From the NCBI RefSeq assembly GCF_000179635.2, contig NC_014824.1:180001-212000 (forward strand): DNA of 32,000 nt, read 5' to 3'. Below the pieces are notes generated by a model. That model ran no database searches and was not told where the DNA came from. It saw only the letters and a list, made by a program, of their open reading frames with translations. Of this stretch, positions 1 through 8,215 are shown piece by piece. The number at the start of each line of letters is the position of its first letter. Within the stretch, counting starts at the first letter, position 1. The position numbers and the translations under genes are program-made. The stretch comes from Ruminococcus albus 7 = DSM 20455 (GTDB lineage: Bacteria > Bacillota > Clostridia > Oscillospirales > Ruminococcaceae).

Positions 1-1
1 G

Positions 2-1207
2 TCAACAGAGAATTACCATGGGACAGAATACTGTCAAACTGTAATCAAAGATATTGTTGAAGAGTTACAAGATATTGTAGAAGACACCTATATCGGACAA
101 CTAGAAAGAATTGCCAACGAAACATTTGAGTTAAAAACTGAGAAATCCACATACCAAGTTTCCTTCGCTATAAACACTTATAACAAAGAAGAGGCGAGGG
201 TCGAATGTATAATTTTTACTGATGATTGTGAGAATTATGATAAGAATCTTGAAAAACTAAAGATTATACTGAAAAATAGATTGATTTTAGATTGGCGTAA
301 ATGCACATGGCTTGTAGACGAACAATCGGAATATCTTTGCAGAGAAGCTTTTCAAAAAACGTATCATGTTGAAAATAATCTGCGTGCTTTTGCTAGCAAA
401 GTACTTATTCATTTCTTAGGAGTAAACTGGATTGAAACGTGGGATGCATTGGATGAAATGTATCGTGAACAAGAAGAGGCAAAAGCTGATGAAGAAGATT
501 ATTACAGAGATAGACTAGCTTCTGAAACAGGAATGGACATTCTTGATGATGAAAATATTATAGAGTGGTTTGATGAAGTAATTAATGATTTATATGATTC
601 CATCTATCAGCATTATCATTTAGAGACAGGGTTTGAGATTTCAGATCTTTCATTACCTTCTATGGACAACTTGGCTTTTTCTGTACAATGTATGGTTGTT
701 GAAGATGGAACAGCCGTTGTAGAAGTTATCACTGATTATTCGATTGATTCTTCTCTTGGAGGAACAAGTATATGTACTCTTATATGTAAAAATAATAATA
801 AAGAAGTATTTACTGCAGAAATTAGATTCCACAATGGAAATGGTTTTGAAAATGAAGAATGTTTGATGGAAGTTATCGAAAATACAGAGTATGATGATTC
901 TGAAATAGAAGAATTCAAAGAGAAGTTGATAGATGCAATTAATAAGCTTAACCCATATCCCGCTATCCTAAAACAATTGGAATATGAATCAAAGGGTTGT
1001 GATTCATTTGTTGCAGACTTTCCTTGCGAGCAATGTGATAAACTTGGAGTTTCATTAAACGAAAGATTTCTGACAATTGGGCGCTGTTACTTTTGTGGTT
1101 ATGAGCACGAATTAGATACATGTATTCGTTGTGGCGAGTTATTTAATGCAAATGAACTTGAAGACGGTTTTTGCTCGAATTGTGCTGATTATATTGAGAA
1201 ACAGTAA
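2..1207 (+). CDS. hypothetical protein, 5'-partial, with C-terminal zinc-ribbon-like Cys cluster
   Basis: Frame 2 is open from the first base of the window to TAA 1205-1207. The ORF-track start at 281 is only the first TTG, so the true start lies upstream of the window. The C-terminus carries four CxxC pairs (CEQC, CYFC, CIRC, CSNC), consistent with two zinc-ribbon knuckles. The central region is acidic. No family recognised. Confidence 0.6.
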   Translation, partial: STENYHGTEYCQTVIKDIVEELQDIVEDTYIGQLERIANETFELKTEKSTYQVSFAINTYNKEEARVECIIFTDDCENYDKNLEKLKIILKNRLILDWRKCTWLVDEQSEYLCREAFQKTYHVENNLRAFASKVLIHFLGVNWIETWDALDEMYREQEEAKADEEDYYRDRLASETGMDILDDENIIEWFDEVINDLYDSIYQHYHLETGFEISDLSLPSMDNLAFSVQCMVVEDGTAVVEVITDYSIDSSLGGTSICTLICKNNNKEVFTAEIRFHNGNGFENEECLMEVIENTEYDDSEIEEFKEKLIDAINKLNPYPAILKQLEYESKGCDSFVADFPCEQCDKLGVSLNERFLTIGRCYFCGYEHELDTCIRCGELFNANELEDGFCSNCADYIEKQ

Positions 1208-1231
1208 GGCCTTTTGAATAACAACTTTTCC

Positions 1232-1260
1232 TTGACGGTTTTTATCTGCTGTAGTATAAT
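1232..1260 (+). promoter_or_regulatory. sigma70-type promoter for the small downstream gene
   Basis: TTGACG (1232-1237), 17 nt spacer, TATAAT (1255-1260). It is followed by AGGAGG (1281-1286) and ATG 1294. Confidence 0.6.
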
Positions 1261-1293
1261 ATTGGAAGTGCACAATTTCAGGAGGTTACTACG

Positions 1294-1467
1294 ATGTTAG
1301 ATGCAATTACAGTCGGTGAAAAGATCAGAATGACTAAGAGCATTACCAGCGCTTATCCGATAGATTCAACGGCAACGATATTTTACATAGACGATTTTGA
1401 TGTAGTTTCTATCGAATGGGCTGACGGAAAGCTGGAGCGTAAATATAACAAATACAAAAGCGGATAG
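1294..1467 (+). CDS. small protein, DUF4314-like (conjugative-element-associated)
   Basis: A 58-codon ORF, below the ORF-track size cutoff, with AGGAGG 7 nt upstream of the ATG and TAG at 1465-1467. The translation MLDAITVGEKIRM...VSIEWADGKLERKY resembles, from memory, the small DUF4314 proteins of Firmicute ICEs and plasmids. Not searched. Confidence 0.5.
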   Translation: MLDAITVGEKIRMTKSITSAYPIDSTATIFYIDDFDVVSIEWADGKLERKYNKYKSG

Positions 1468-1488
1468 ACTGCCATAAAAGGTAGTGCA

Positions 1489-4203
1489 TTATAGCTGATT
1501 TCGTTTGTCAGGCGATACCTCCCGGCAAACGCCTTGTTCCTTGTATGTTTCGTTGATACGGTCTATTTCGGTGATCAGCTCACGGCATCTTGCTGTATCC
1601 TGAATTTCCATGTAGATGTCAAGCAGAATGTTGAGCAGCTCTGCTTGCTTGTCGATGTACGGTATCATGTCGGGATACTTCTTGCAAATCTCCACAGCTT
1701 CTTCTATCTTATCGGCAGCCGAACGGAAGTCATTGTGATAGAAGAAACAGTTTGCTGTCGGGATATGGATAATGTCTATTATCTCCAATTCTGTCTGGAA
1801 CACCTGTCTTGCGATCTCCTCAGCCTGTTCCGTCAGCTCTCGTGTTTCCTCAAGATCAGGCTTAGCAAGCGTATAGTACCAAGCTGCCACCATATTATAA
1901 TAGCAGTGATTATCGCTTATCTCAGGCTCATTATCCTCAATAAGCTCATATACTTTGTCGAGCAGTTCAGCGGCTTCATCGTAATAGTCGGGAACGCTCC
2001 TTATCAGTATACTTGCTAAATCAAGATAATATCCCGTGAGATACTTCCACTTGCGTTTATCAGTCTCTTGCTCCATTTCGGATATAGCATTATCAGCCGA
2101 GTCTATCAGCTTTTCGAGTAAATCGGCTTCCTCATCATTTTCGGGATAGTAAGCACCGCCAAGCAGAGTATCATAATAACAGCCGAGCATATCAAAATAC
2201 ATACCTCTGATGATATGATGGTTGTGCATACTTGTGTAACTATCGGCAGAACGCAGTATTTCTTTGATCTGTGCGGCATTCGCCATACCAACGTATATGT
2301 CGATCATCTGCTTATGATACTCCATGACAGTCACCTTTTCCCCGAACCATTGCCAGCAGCGGACAGTTTCCGCTATAACGGGGTGCAGACGTACTCTGTT
2401 ATCTTCGTAAAGCCAACCTTGTTCAGACAAATCGGCTATCGTTTCAGCCTTAATATCGGGGAAAAACTTGTATATCAGGCTAGTTTCCAGACCTCTCACG
2501 TTCAGTAAAGCAAGTATCTTCAGCGTGAGTCTTGCTTCTTTGCTGACAGCACTTGCATCGAACAGAACATAGATAATATCTTCTAACGTATCGTAAACTT
2601 CCTCACCGTCCTTTATATTGCCGACTTTTTCCTCTGAGAACTGAGAAAATCCGTTCTCACGGATCAGGTCAAGAGCCGTGTGGATATCGAGCCTGCCTAC
2701 TGCTATCTGCCTCGCTATAAGCTCCAAAACAAGCGTATGCCCCTGAACAAGCGTGATGATCTCTTCAAAACAGATCCGTTCTTCCTTTGTGAGCTGCCGT
2801 TCAAGGTTCAGAGCAACAAGCCTGAAAAGCTCTGAAGTATCAGCTATGGCATTTACTTCGAAAACAGCAAAACTGTTTTTCGGAGGGTTTTGCCTTGTTG
2901 CGATAATGGTTTCATATCCGCAGTTGATGATACGGCTCAGGTCTTTGGTGAGCTTGTCCGTATAGTTGTCAAGCACAAACAAAACGCGCTTATCACCGCA
3001 GATACGCTTGAAAGCTTTTAGCTTACGGGCAAAATAGTCCTCCAAAGCTTCACCGTCCTGATGTGACACCGTACTGATCTGTAACTGCATATCATCACAG
3101 AATGTATGCTGAATATCTCCGTCATATTCAAGATAAGCTATAACATCGTACTCTGTGCGTTTTCTTGTGATATAGTTCTTGATAAGCGTTGTCTTGCCGA
3201 TACCGCCGATACCCGTCACATACAGCACAGGATTGGCTTGCAGGCTCTCTACTATCTTCCTGATTTCTGCATCTCTGCCCACAAACTCAGGAGATACAGA
3301 CGGAAGTATCGGAATAATGTAATCCTTTTGGTTCAGTACTTCCACAAGCTCACCGAGGAGCTTTGTGACCTCATCCATGTTTTTGAAGCGGTTTACCGCA
3401 GAGGAACGTATCGTATTTCTAAAAATTCGGGTAAAAAGTGACTGAATATCGGGACGCTCCGTGTATTTTTGATACTCACGCTTGCAATCCTTAAATGGGA
3501 ATCTGGAAAAGCCCCTATGCTCCGTATCATTGGAGTGTCTGCCAAAAAGAAGATAAAAGACTATTTCTCCGACGGTATAGATGTCCGCAGCCGTGCTTAT
3601 ACGTGCGGTCGAATAGGGATTGAGCTGTTCTGGGGCGGCCCAGTCTCTTGTGTAGGAAAACAGCGTATTACAGCCATTATTCACATCACGGATACTGTCA
3701 AAGTCGATGAACTCCACAAGCTGTGTTATAGTATCATCAGGAGCATTTTGCAGGATAAAGATGTTCTCGGGTTTCAGGTCAAGGCAGAGAAAGCCTGACT
3801 TGTGATAATAGCCCACAGTTTTTGAAATTGTCTCGCAAATTGCCATATACTGCGGTAAAGTGAGTGAATCGAGCTTATCGAGAGTCGTGCCGTTATAGCA
3901 GGCAACGTCGATATAAGCCGTACCGTTGGCTTCAAAAACGTGGCTCACCGGCGGAGTCTGATTGATTAGAACAGACTTCTGCCGTACTAAATTCTGCATC
4001 TTGCCCGAAGTTATGAAACGTGCCTTTCCAACCTCGAAATCGTCAGCGTTATGTGGAGCGTATTCTTTCAGGATACATTTAGTCACAAGCTCGCCGTGAC
4101 TGCACTCAGCAAGGTAAGCTATCGTATTGGCACCTCTGCCGAGCTGTTCTATGACCGTGTACTGTCTGCCGTCAGCGTTAAAGGTGTAGCCATTGTTAAG
4201 CAT
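1489..4203 (-). CDS. Ser/Thr protein kinase fused to an NB-ARC/STAND P-loop NTPase and TPR-like repeats
   Basis: 904-aa ORF with GGAGG 8 nt upstream of the ATG at 4203. Kinase motifs are readable: glycine loop LGRGANTIAY, ILK lysine, catalytic loop CLDLKPENIF (HRD is replaced by CLD, Asp retained), DFD in place of DFG, and WAAPE. These are followed by the P-loop GIGGIGKTTL (encoded around 3187-3216) and Walker B LFVLDN. The last ~250 aa form a helical TPR-like repeat region. Confidence 0.85.
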   Translation of the reverse strand: MLNNGYTFNADGRQYTVIEQLGRGANTIAYLAECSHGELVTKCILKEYAPHNADDFEVGKARFITSGKMQNLVRQKSVLINQTPPVSHVFEANGTAYIDVACYNGTTLDKLDSLTLPQYMAICETISKTVGYYHKSGFLCLDLKPENIFILQNAPDDTITQLVEFIDFDSIRDVNNGCNTLFSYTRDWAAPEQLNPYSTARISTAADIYTVGEIVFYLLFGRHSNDTEHRGFSRFPFKDCKREYQKYTERPDIQSLFTRIFRNTIRSSAVNRFKNMDEVTKLLGELVEVLNQKDYIIPILPSVSPEFVGRDAEIRKIVESLQANPVLYVTGIGGIGKTTLIKNYITRKRTEYDVIAYLEYDGDIQHTFCDDMQLQISTVSHQDGEALEDYFARKLKAFKRICGDKRVLFVLDNYTDKLTKDLSRIINCGYETIIATRQNPPKNSFAVFEVNAIADTSELFRLVALNLERQLTKEERICFEEIITLVQGHTLVLELIARQIAVGRLDIHTALDLIRENGFSQFSEEKVGNIKDGEEVYDTLEDIIYVLFDASAVSKEARLTLKILALLNVRGLETSLIYKFFPDIKAETIADLSEQGWLYEDNRVRLHPVIAETVRCWQWFGEKVTVMEYHKQMIDIYVGMANAAQIKEILRSADSYTSMHNHHIIRGMYFDMLGCYYDTLLGGAYYPENDEEADLLEKLIDSADNAISEMEQETDKRKWKYLTGYYLDLASILIRSVPDYYDEAAELLDKVYELIEDNEPEISDNHCYYNMVAAWYYTLAKPDLEETRELTEQAEEIARQVFQTELEIIDIIHIPTANCFFYHNDFRSAADKIEEAVEICKKYPDMIPYIDKQAELLNILLDIYMEIQDTARCRELITEIDRINETYKEQGVCREVSPDKRNQL

Positions 4204-4259
4204 AGCACCGACCTCCTTTCACCTATATTATACACTTATCGAAAGACGGAATATAAAAA

Positions 4260-5417
4260 TCAATTCCGTTCGTTCAGAAGATGAAGTGTAAGGATCGGAT
4301 CATGTGAGTTAGCGCAGTATAGGAGCAAACAGTCGAATGGGTGCCGAACATAGAGCTGTGCAAATCCGCAGGAGATCAACGTATCATTCAACTCTTCGAA
4401 AAAATCCATCAGGCGTTTATTGATTTCATACTTGTCAGGTTCATATCCGTCTTTTCTATCCTCGGCTTCAGCGGCCCTATAGTAATTATATAGCTTAAGA
4501 AGCATCATTGTTTTACGAAGCACTTCATAAGAGATTTTATTGCCGTTTATTATCTTACCAAGATTAACATCGTTTGGAAGTGATTCGGTAAAATGTTTTG
4601 GAAGGTTTATATCGTTATGTCCCTTTTCACGACTTTGATATCGATAACCCAATAATGCATCTATCGTCAAACTATTAAGTCTATTGGGAGAGATTATGTC
4701 AGCTAAATCGTCTTCAATTATCCTGGATTTTAATACGTCGATTTCTTTGTTGATTATTGAACGTGCAAGCTGAAACTGCTGCTCATTATCATAGCAATGC
4801 TCCGAGAGATAGCGCAGGAACTTCTCATCATCGTCAATATCAAATATCATAGCAGCAATTTGAGACGTTGAGGTATGTGCATTTTCCTGAGAAACAAATC
4901 CTTTTGATCTCTCAAGCAATTCGGTCACTACTGAATATGGCTTGTGGTGATAAAGGCAATACAGGAAAACAGCATCGATTTTTGCTTTGATAATAAACGG
5001 CAACGAGAGGAAATGCTTCTGAAAGAAAAAAAACGTCTGCTGAAAATCCATCTCAAGGGCATAGCACAAATCATATTTGTTTTTACGGTTAGTGACACCC
5101 GGCGTAGTTCCTTTTATCCATTCCTTCACAGTCCGAGGACAGGAAAAACCTAAAAGCTCATCATATCTGCGTTTGATCTCCGCGAGCATACGTTCATTGT
5201 CCTCAGCGGTACAAGGCACACCAAGCTGTGTCAGTCTGGCAGATACCCCCTCAAGGAATATAGGACGCGCTTCAAGCTTCATTGCACGTTCGATACCCGC
5301 AGCCACATCTTCAGCACTTTCAGGATTGATAGGATCATCGAAACAGGTTTCATCGTAAATAATTTCAGTATATTCATTACGAGGAAGTTCAGGGATATGT
5401 TCTTTTTTGGTGCTCAT
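4260..5417 (-). CDS. hypothetical protein (385 aa), possible HTH segment, operon partner of the kinase-STAND gene
   Basis: Long ORF on the same strand, ending 56 nt upstream of the kinase start. I prefer the ATG at 5415-5417 (MSTKKEH...) over the track start at 5480 because GAGG lies 8 nt upstream of it. The segment TVKEWIKGTTPGVTNRKNKYDLCYALEM looks like a helix-turn-helix, but no family is recognised. Confidence 0.7.
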   Translation of the reverse strand: MSTKKEHIPELPRNEYTEIIYDETCFDDPINPESAEDVAAGIERAMKLEARPIFLEGVSARLTQLGVPCTAEDNERMLAEIKRRYDELLGFSCPRTVKEWIKGTTPGVTNRKNKYDLCYALEMDFQQTFFFFQKHFLSLPFIIKAKIDAVFLYCLYHHKPYSVVTELLERSKGFVSQENAHTSTSQIAAMIFDIDDDEKFLRYLSEHCYDNEQQFQLARSIINKEIDVLKSRIIEDDLADIISPNRLNSLTIDALLGYRYQSREKGHNDINLPKHFTESLPNDVNLGKIINGNKISYEVLRKTMMLLKLYNYYRAAEAEDRKDGYEPDKYEINKRLMDFFEELNDTLISCGFAQLYVRHPFDCLLLYCANSHDPILTLHLLNERN

Positions 5418-5499
5418 TCTATATGCCTCACTTTCGATATGATATAAAATTGGTTGGTCTGTTTTTTCAGAAAACTCCAATTACATTTTACTTTTAAAT

Positions 5500-5528
5500 A
5501 TTATAACACATATCTAACACTTTGTGAG
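5500..5528 (-). promoter_or_regulatory. candidate extended -10 promoter for the 385-aa/kinase operon
   Basis: The minus strand reads TGTTATAAT, an extended -10 whose TATAAT is the complement of 5500-5505. The -35 is weak (CTCACA, 17 nt upstream). It lies about 80 nt upstream of the 5417 start. Confidence 0.35.
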
Positions 5529-5716
5529 AACTTTTTTAGAAATAAAACAACCAAAAATTGCAACATTTTATTATGCAAAACGAACAATCCCCGGATTGAA
5601 AATCGCATTAAGAATTACTCGCTACTGATAAATTAACCGCAATTCAGATAGTAGTTTTTTGGGACGGTCATCAGGAAGCTGAAAAGCGTGAAAATATAGC
5701 ATTTTCGTTGATTGGG

Positions 5717-5745
5717 TTGATTTTTCAACAAAAAAGTGGTATAAT
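5717..5745 (+). promoter_or_regulatory. sigma70-type promoter of the phd-PIN operon
   Basis: TTGATT (5717-5722), 17 nt spacer, TATAAT (5740-5745) preceded by TGG. GGAGG lies upstream of ATG 5773. Confidence 0.55.
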
Positions 5746-5772
5746 GAACGAGAAAGAAACGGAGGAAAACAT

Positions 5773-6003
5773 ATGATGATAGCGACTGCCACAGATATGC
5801 AGCTTAATTTCAGTAAGTATCTTCAAGCTGTTCAGCAGGGGGATGAGGTTATAATCCTAAAAAATGGAAAAGAAGTTGCAAGACTTATCCCCTATGATGC
5901 CAGCATTTCTTTCCTCACTGATTCGCTTATGGGAATCCTGCAGAATGATTATGAGGACAAGGCTATTCATGCAGAAAGGACAGATCATGAAGATCTTAGT
6001 TGA
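5773..6003 (+). CDS. Phd/YefM-family antitoxin
   Basis: 76 aa. The N-terminus MMIATATDMQLNFSKYLQAVQQGDEVIILKNGKEVARLIPY matches the typical Phd/YefM pattern. It overlaps the downstream PIN gene by 17 nt. Confidence 0.8.
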   Translation: MMIATATDMQLNFSKYLQAVQQGDEVIILKNGKEVARLIPYDASISFLTDSLMGILQNDYEDKAIHAERTDHEDLS

Positions 6004-6550
6004 TACGGGAACAATTCTTGACGTGCTTTGTAAGCGACCCGAGCATTTCGATGTTTCTTCTAAAATCTGGAAATGCTGTGAGATTGGTCTGACCGAAGGG
6101 TACATTTCTGCATTATCTGTTCCCGGCATCGAATATATTCTCCGTAATGAATTCGATAATATAAAAGCGGCGCAGATAATAAAACAGATAACATTTATCT
6201 TTAAAGTAATAGAGCTAAAACCTTCCGATCTGAGAGACGCCTCTGAAATGTATTATTCCGACCTTGAAAATGCTGTTCAGATGTGTCAGGCTAAAAGAAT
6301 GAAACTGGATCTTATTGTAGCAAAAAAGCCTGTATATTTCAGGGACAGTAAGATTCCGGCATTAAAGCCTGCGGAAATATTAGAAGAAATTAAAGGATAT
6401 AGTTTACAGGACGAAACAAAAGCGTCAAGTTCTCCTTATCACTATGGAGCAGCAAGTATAACATCATCCAAAACCTACTCAATAGATGAAATGCAGTTGA
6501 GTTTTGATGACTACCTTAATGGAAACGTAGAAGAGTATAATTGCGGATAA
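5987..6550 (+). CDS. PIN-domain toxin (VapC-like) with a C-terminal extension
   Basis: ATG 5987 (MKILVDTGTILDVL...) gives the canonical PIN N-terminal acidic motif. It lies in the frame of track ORF 5864-6550 but is a better start because it overlaps the antitoxin stop. The product is 187 aa, about 45-50 aa longer than a minimal PIN domain. Confidence 0.75.
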   Translation: MKILVDTGTILDVLCKRPEHFDVSSKIWKCCEIGLTEGYISALSVPGIEYILRNEFDNIKAAQIIKQITFIFKVIELKPSDLRDASEMYYSDLENAVQMCQAKRMKLDLIVAKKPVYFRDSKIPALKPAEILEEIKGYSLQDETKASSSPYHYGAASITSSKTYSIDEMQLSFDDYLNGNVEEYNCG

Positions 6551-6789
6551 AGGAAGAAACATGAAGATATTATCAAATTCAGAATGGGCCGTACAATGCG
6601 ATATGTTGAGTTCGTATAGTAAAGTAAAATAGTAGATAAACTTGTTGAAGAAAAGAAAGAACACCTTGATACGATCCAAACATATAAAAAGGTATGTGAG
6701 TTATTGGCTGCTCACAAAAATTACAGGCTTTATACTATTACTAATATAAAGAACCAAAAAGTGAAACTTCTGAAAGCGATCGTGATACA

Positions 6790-7316
6790 ATGGTAATATT
6801 GGTAGACAGACGCAAAGAAGTTTCAAGTGATTCTTTGCGAAGTTATCCCCTGAATTTGAATACGCTGATAAACAACGGCGGAGAAATTGAATTGTATGCC
6901 ATCAATTCTGATATGTATCATAGTATCAAGCATGAAACTGAACTTCGGATAAAAAGCAATGTTCCTTACATAGAAGCTTCAATCGATTATTCTGTAGAGG
7001 AAACAACAGTTAGAATCGACGAATTTCATAGCAGAGTTTCTTTTTATGATTACAGAGGGAAAGGATACGGTTCCCTCTTATTAGATAGTATGGTTTTTTT
7101 CTTAAAGATGAAGAAAAGAAAAAAAATCCGTCTATGCCTATAAGGTTCATCGGTATGCTTTCCTACGTAGATATAGATGAAGAAAAGGATATCGAAATCA
7201 GGAACGGTTTCTATGAAAGAAAAGGATTTAAGCTGAAGAACATGAGCAAAGACGGCAAGGATGGAAAAATAGAAGCAATGCTTGAAGATATTAAGACAAA
7301 ATCAAGGAATAAATAA
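6790..7316 (+). pseudogene. GNAT-family acetyltransferase interrupted by a 1-nt frameshift at a homopolymer
   Basis: ORF 6790-7143 carries the GNAT acetyl-CoA motif YRGKGYGSLLL. ORF 7134-7316, in the -1 frame, carries the GNAT C-terminal motif NGFYERKGF. The frames switch at a T7 run (7094-7100) or an A8 run (7119-7126). The second frame is already open from 7089. Confidence 0.7.
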
Positions 7317-7372
7317 AAGTTACATATTATAATATATAACGGCTGTGAAAACAGAGATAGGAGGTTTCAGCT

Positions 7373-7918
7373 ATGGAGAAAAACAGACTTGAAGCGTTTA
7401 GCGATGGAGTGCTGGCAATCATTATTACTATCATGGTTCTGGAATTAAAACAGCCTGCGGGTGACAAGCTCAGCGATCTTTTTGATCTTGCGCCAACACT
7501 GCTTGCGTATCTGCTCAGCTTTGTGTTTGTGGCGATCTACTGGGTAAATCATCACATCATTTTTCACGATGTTAAGACTGTAAATTATCCGATACTCTGG
7601 TGCAATATCGCATGGATGTTCGTTATGTCATTCATTCCATTCACAACCGCCTGGATAGGTGCGCACCCAACTGCTTTTGCTCCCGTATCATTGTACTTTC
7701 TGGATATGCTGCTGGCTTGCCTGACGATCCACCTTCTGATATATCTCATCGCCCGTGAAAACGGAACTGCAAAGGACTTCAAGCTTGGTCCGCGCAACAT
7801 TATCAGCATTGTTACCTATACATTAGCGTCATGCCTCGGCGGATTCTGCCCGAAAGTGGCATATATCATCGTGGCTGCAGTATCAGCGTGGTGGATATTC
7901 CCGGAAAGAAACAGATGA
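7373..7918 (+). CDS. TMEM175/DUF1211-family membrane protein (putative K+ channel)
   Basis: The signature N-terminus NRLEAFSDGVLAIIITIMVLEL is followed by multiple hydrophobic helices. AGGAGG lies upstream of the ATG. Confidence 0.85.
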   Translation: MEKNRLEAFSDGVLAIIITIMVLELKQPAGDKLSDLFDLAPTLLAYLLSFVFVAIYWVNHHIIFHDVKTVNYPILWCNIAWMFVMSFIPFTTAWIGAHPTAFAPVSLYFLDMLLACLTIHLLIYLIARENGTAKDFKLGPRNIISIVTYTLASCLGGFCPKVAYIIVAAVSAWWIFPERNR

Positions 7919-8164
7919 AAAAGCATTTTTCTCTCACTAAATTATTGTCGAATAAGAATACCCCCGCATACCGGTGATGCGGGAATTACTCATTTCTCTA
8001 CGCTGATCGTCACGACCAATTTGATAAAGACATTGATTATATACTCACACTACTCAAAATCACAGTATTTCGCCGCAAAACATTCAATCGAAAAAGTCGA
8101 AGTTAAAACTTCAGATACGTTCTCGAACGATTGCCAAAGTTTTTTTAGTATACTTAAAAAACTA

Positions 8165-8194
8165 TTGACTAAAAGGATATTTTTGTGGTATACT
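8165..8194 (+). promoter_or_regulatory. sigma70-type promoter
   Basis: TTGACT (8165-8170), 18 nt spacer, TATACT (8189-8194). An AAGGAG RBS follows, then ATG 8216. Confidence 0.5.
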
Positions 8195-8215
8195 AAAAAC
8201 TAAGGAGATGATACA

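Noticed and set aside
365-430. The motif HVENNLRAFASKVLIHFLGVNW in the first gene resembles the first helix of Swt1-type HEPN domains.
   Set aside because: No canonical Rx4-6H motif follows; R to H is 8 residues apart here. The downstream sequence does not continue the HEPN pattern.
1534-4284. Several 60-160-aa plus-strand ORFs (1534-2019, 2215-2508, 2753-2965, 3106-3441, 3469-3798, 4051-4284) and minus-strand ORF 2106-2291 lie inside the kinase-STAND gene.
   Set aside because: All are embedded in a 904-aa ORF that has clear domain motifs. They have no RBS and their translations do not look like proteins. They are shadow ORFs.
5864-5986. The ORF-track start for the PIN gene is at 5864, which would overlap the antitoxin by 140 nt.
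   Set aside because: ATG 5987 yields the canonical MKILVDTG PIN N-terminus and the usual short overlap between antitoxin and toxin.
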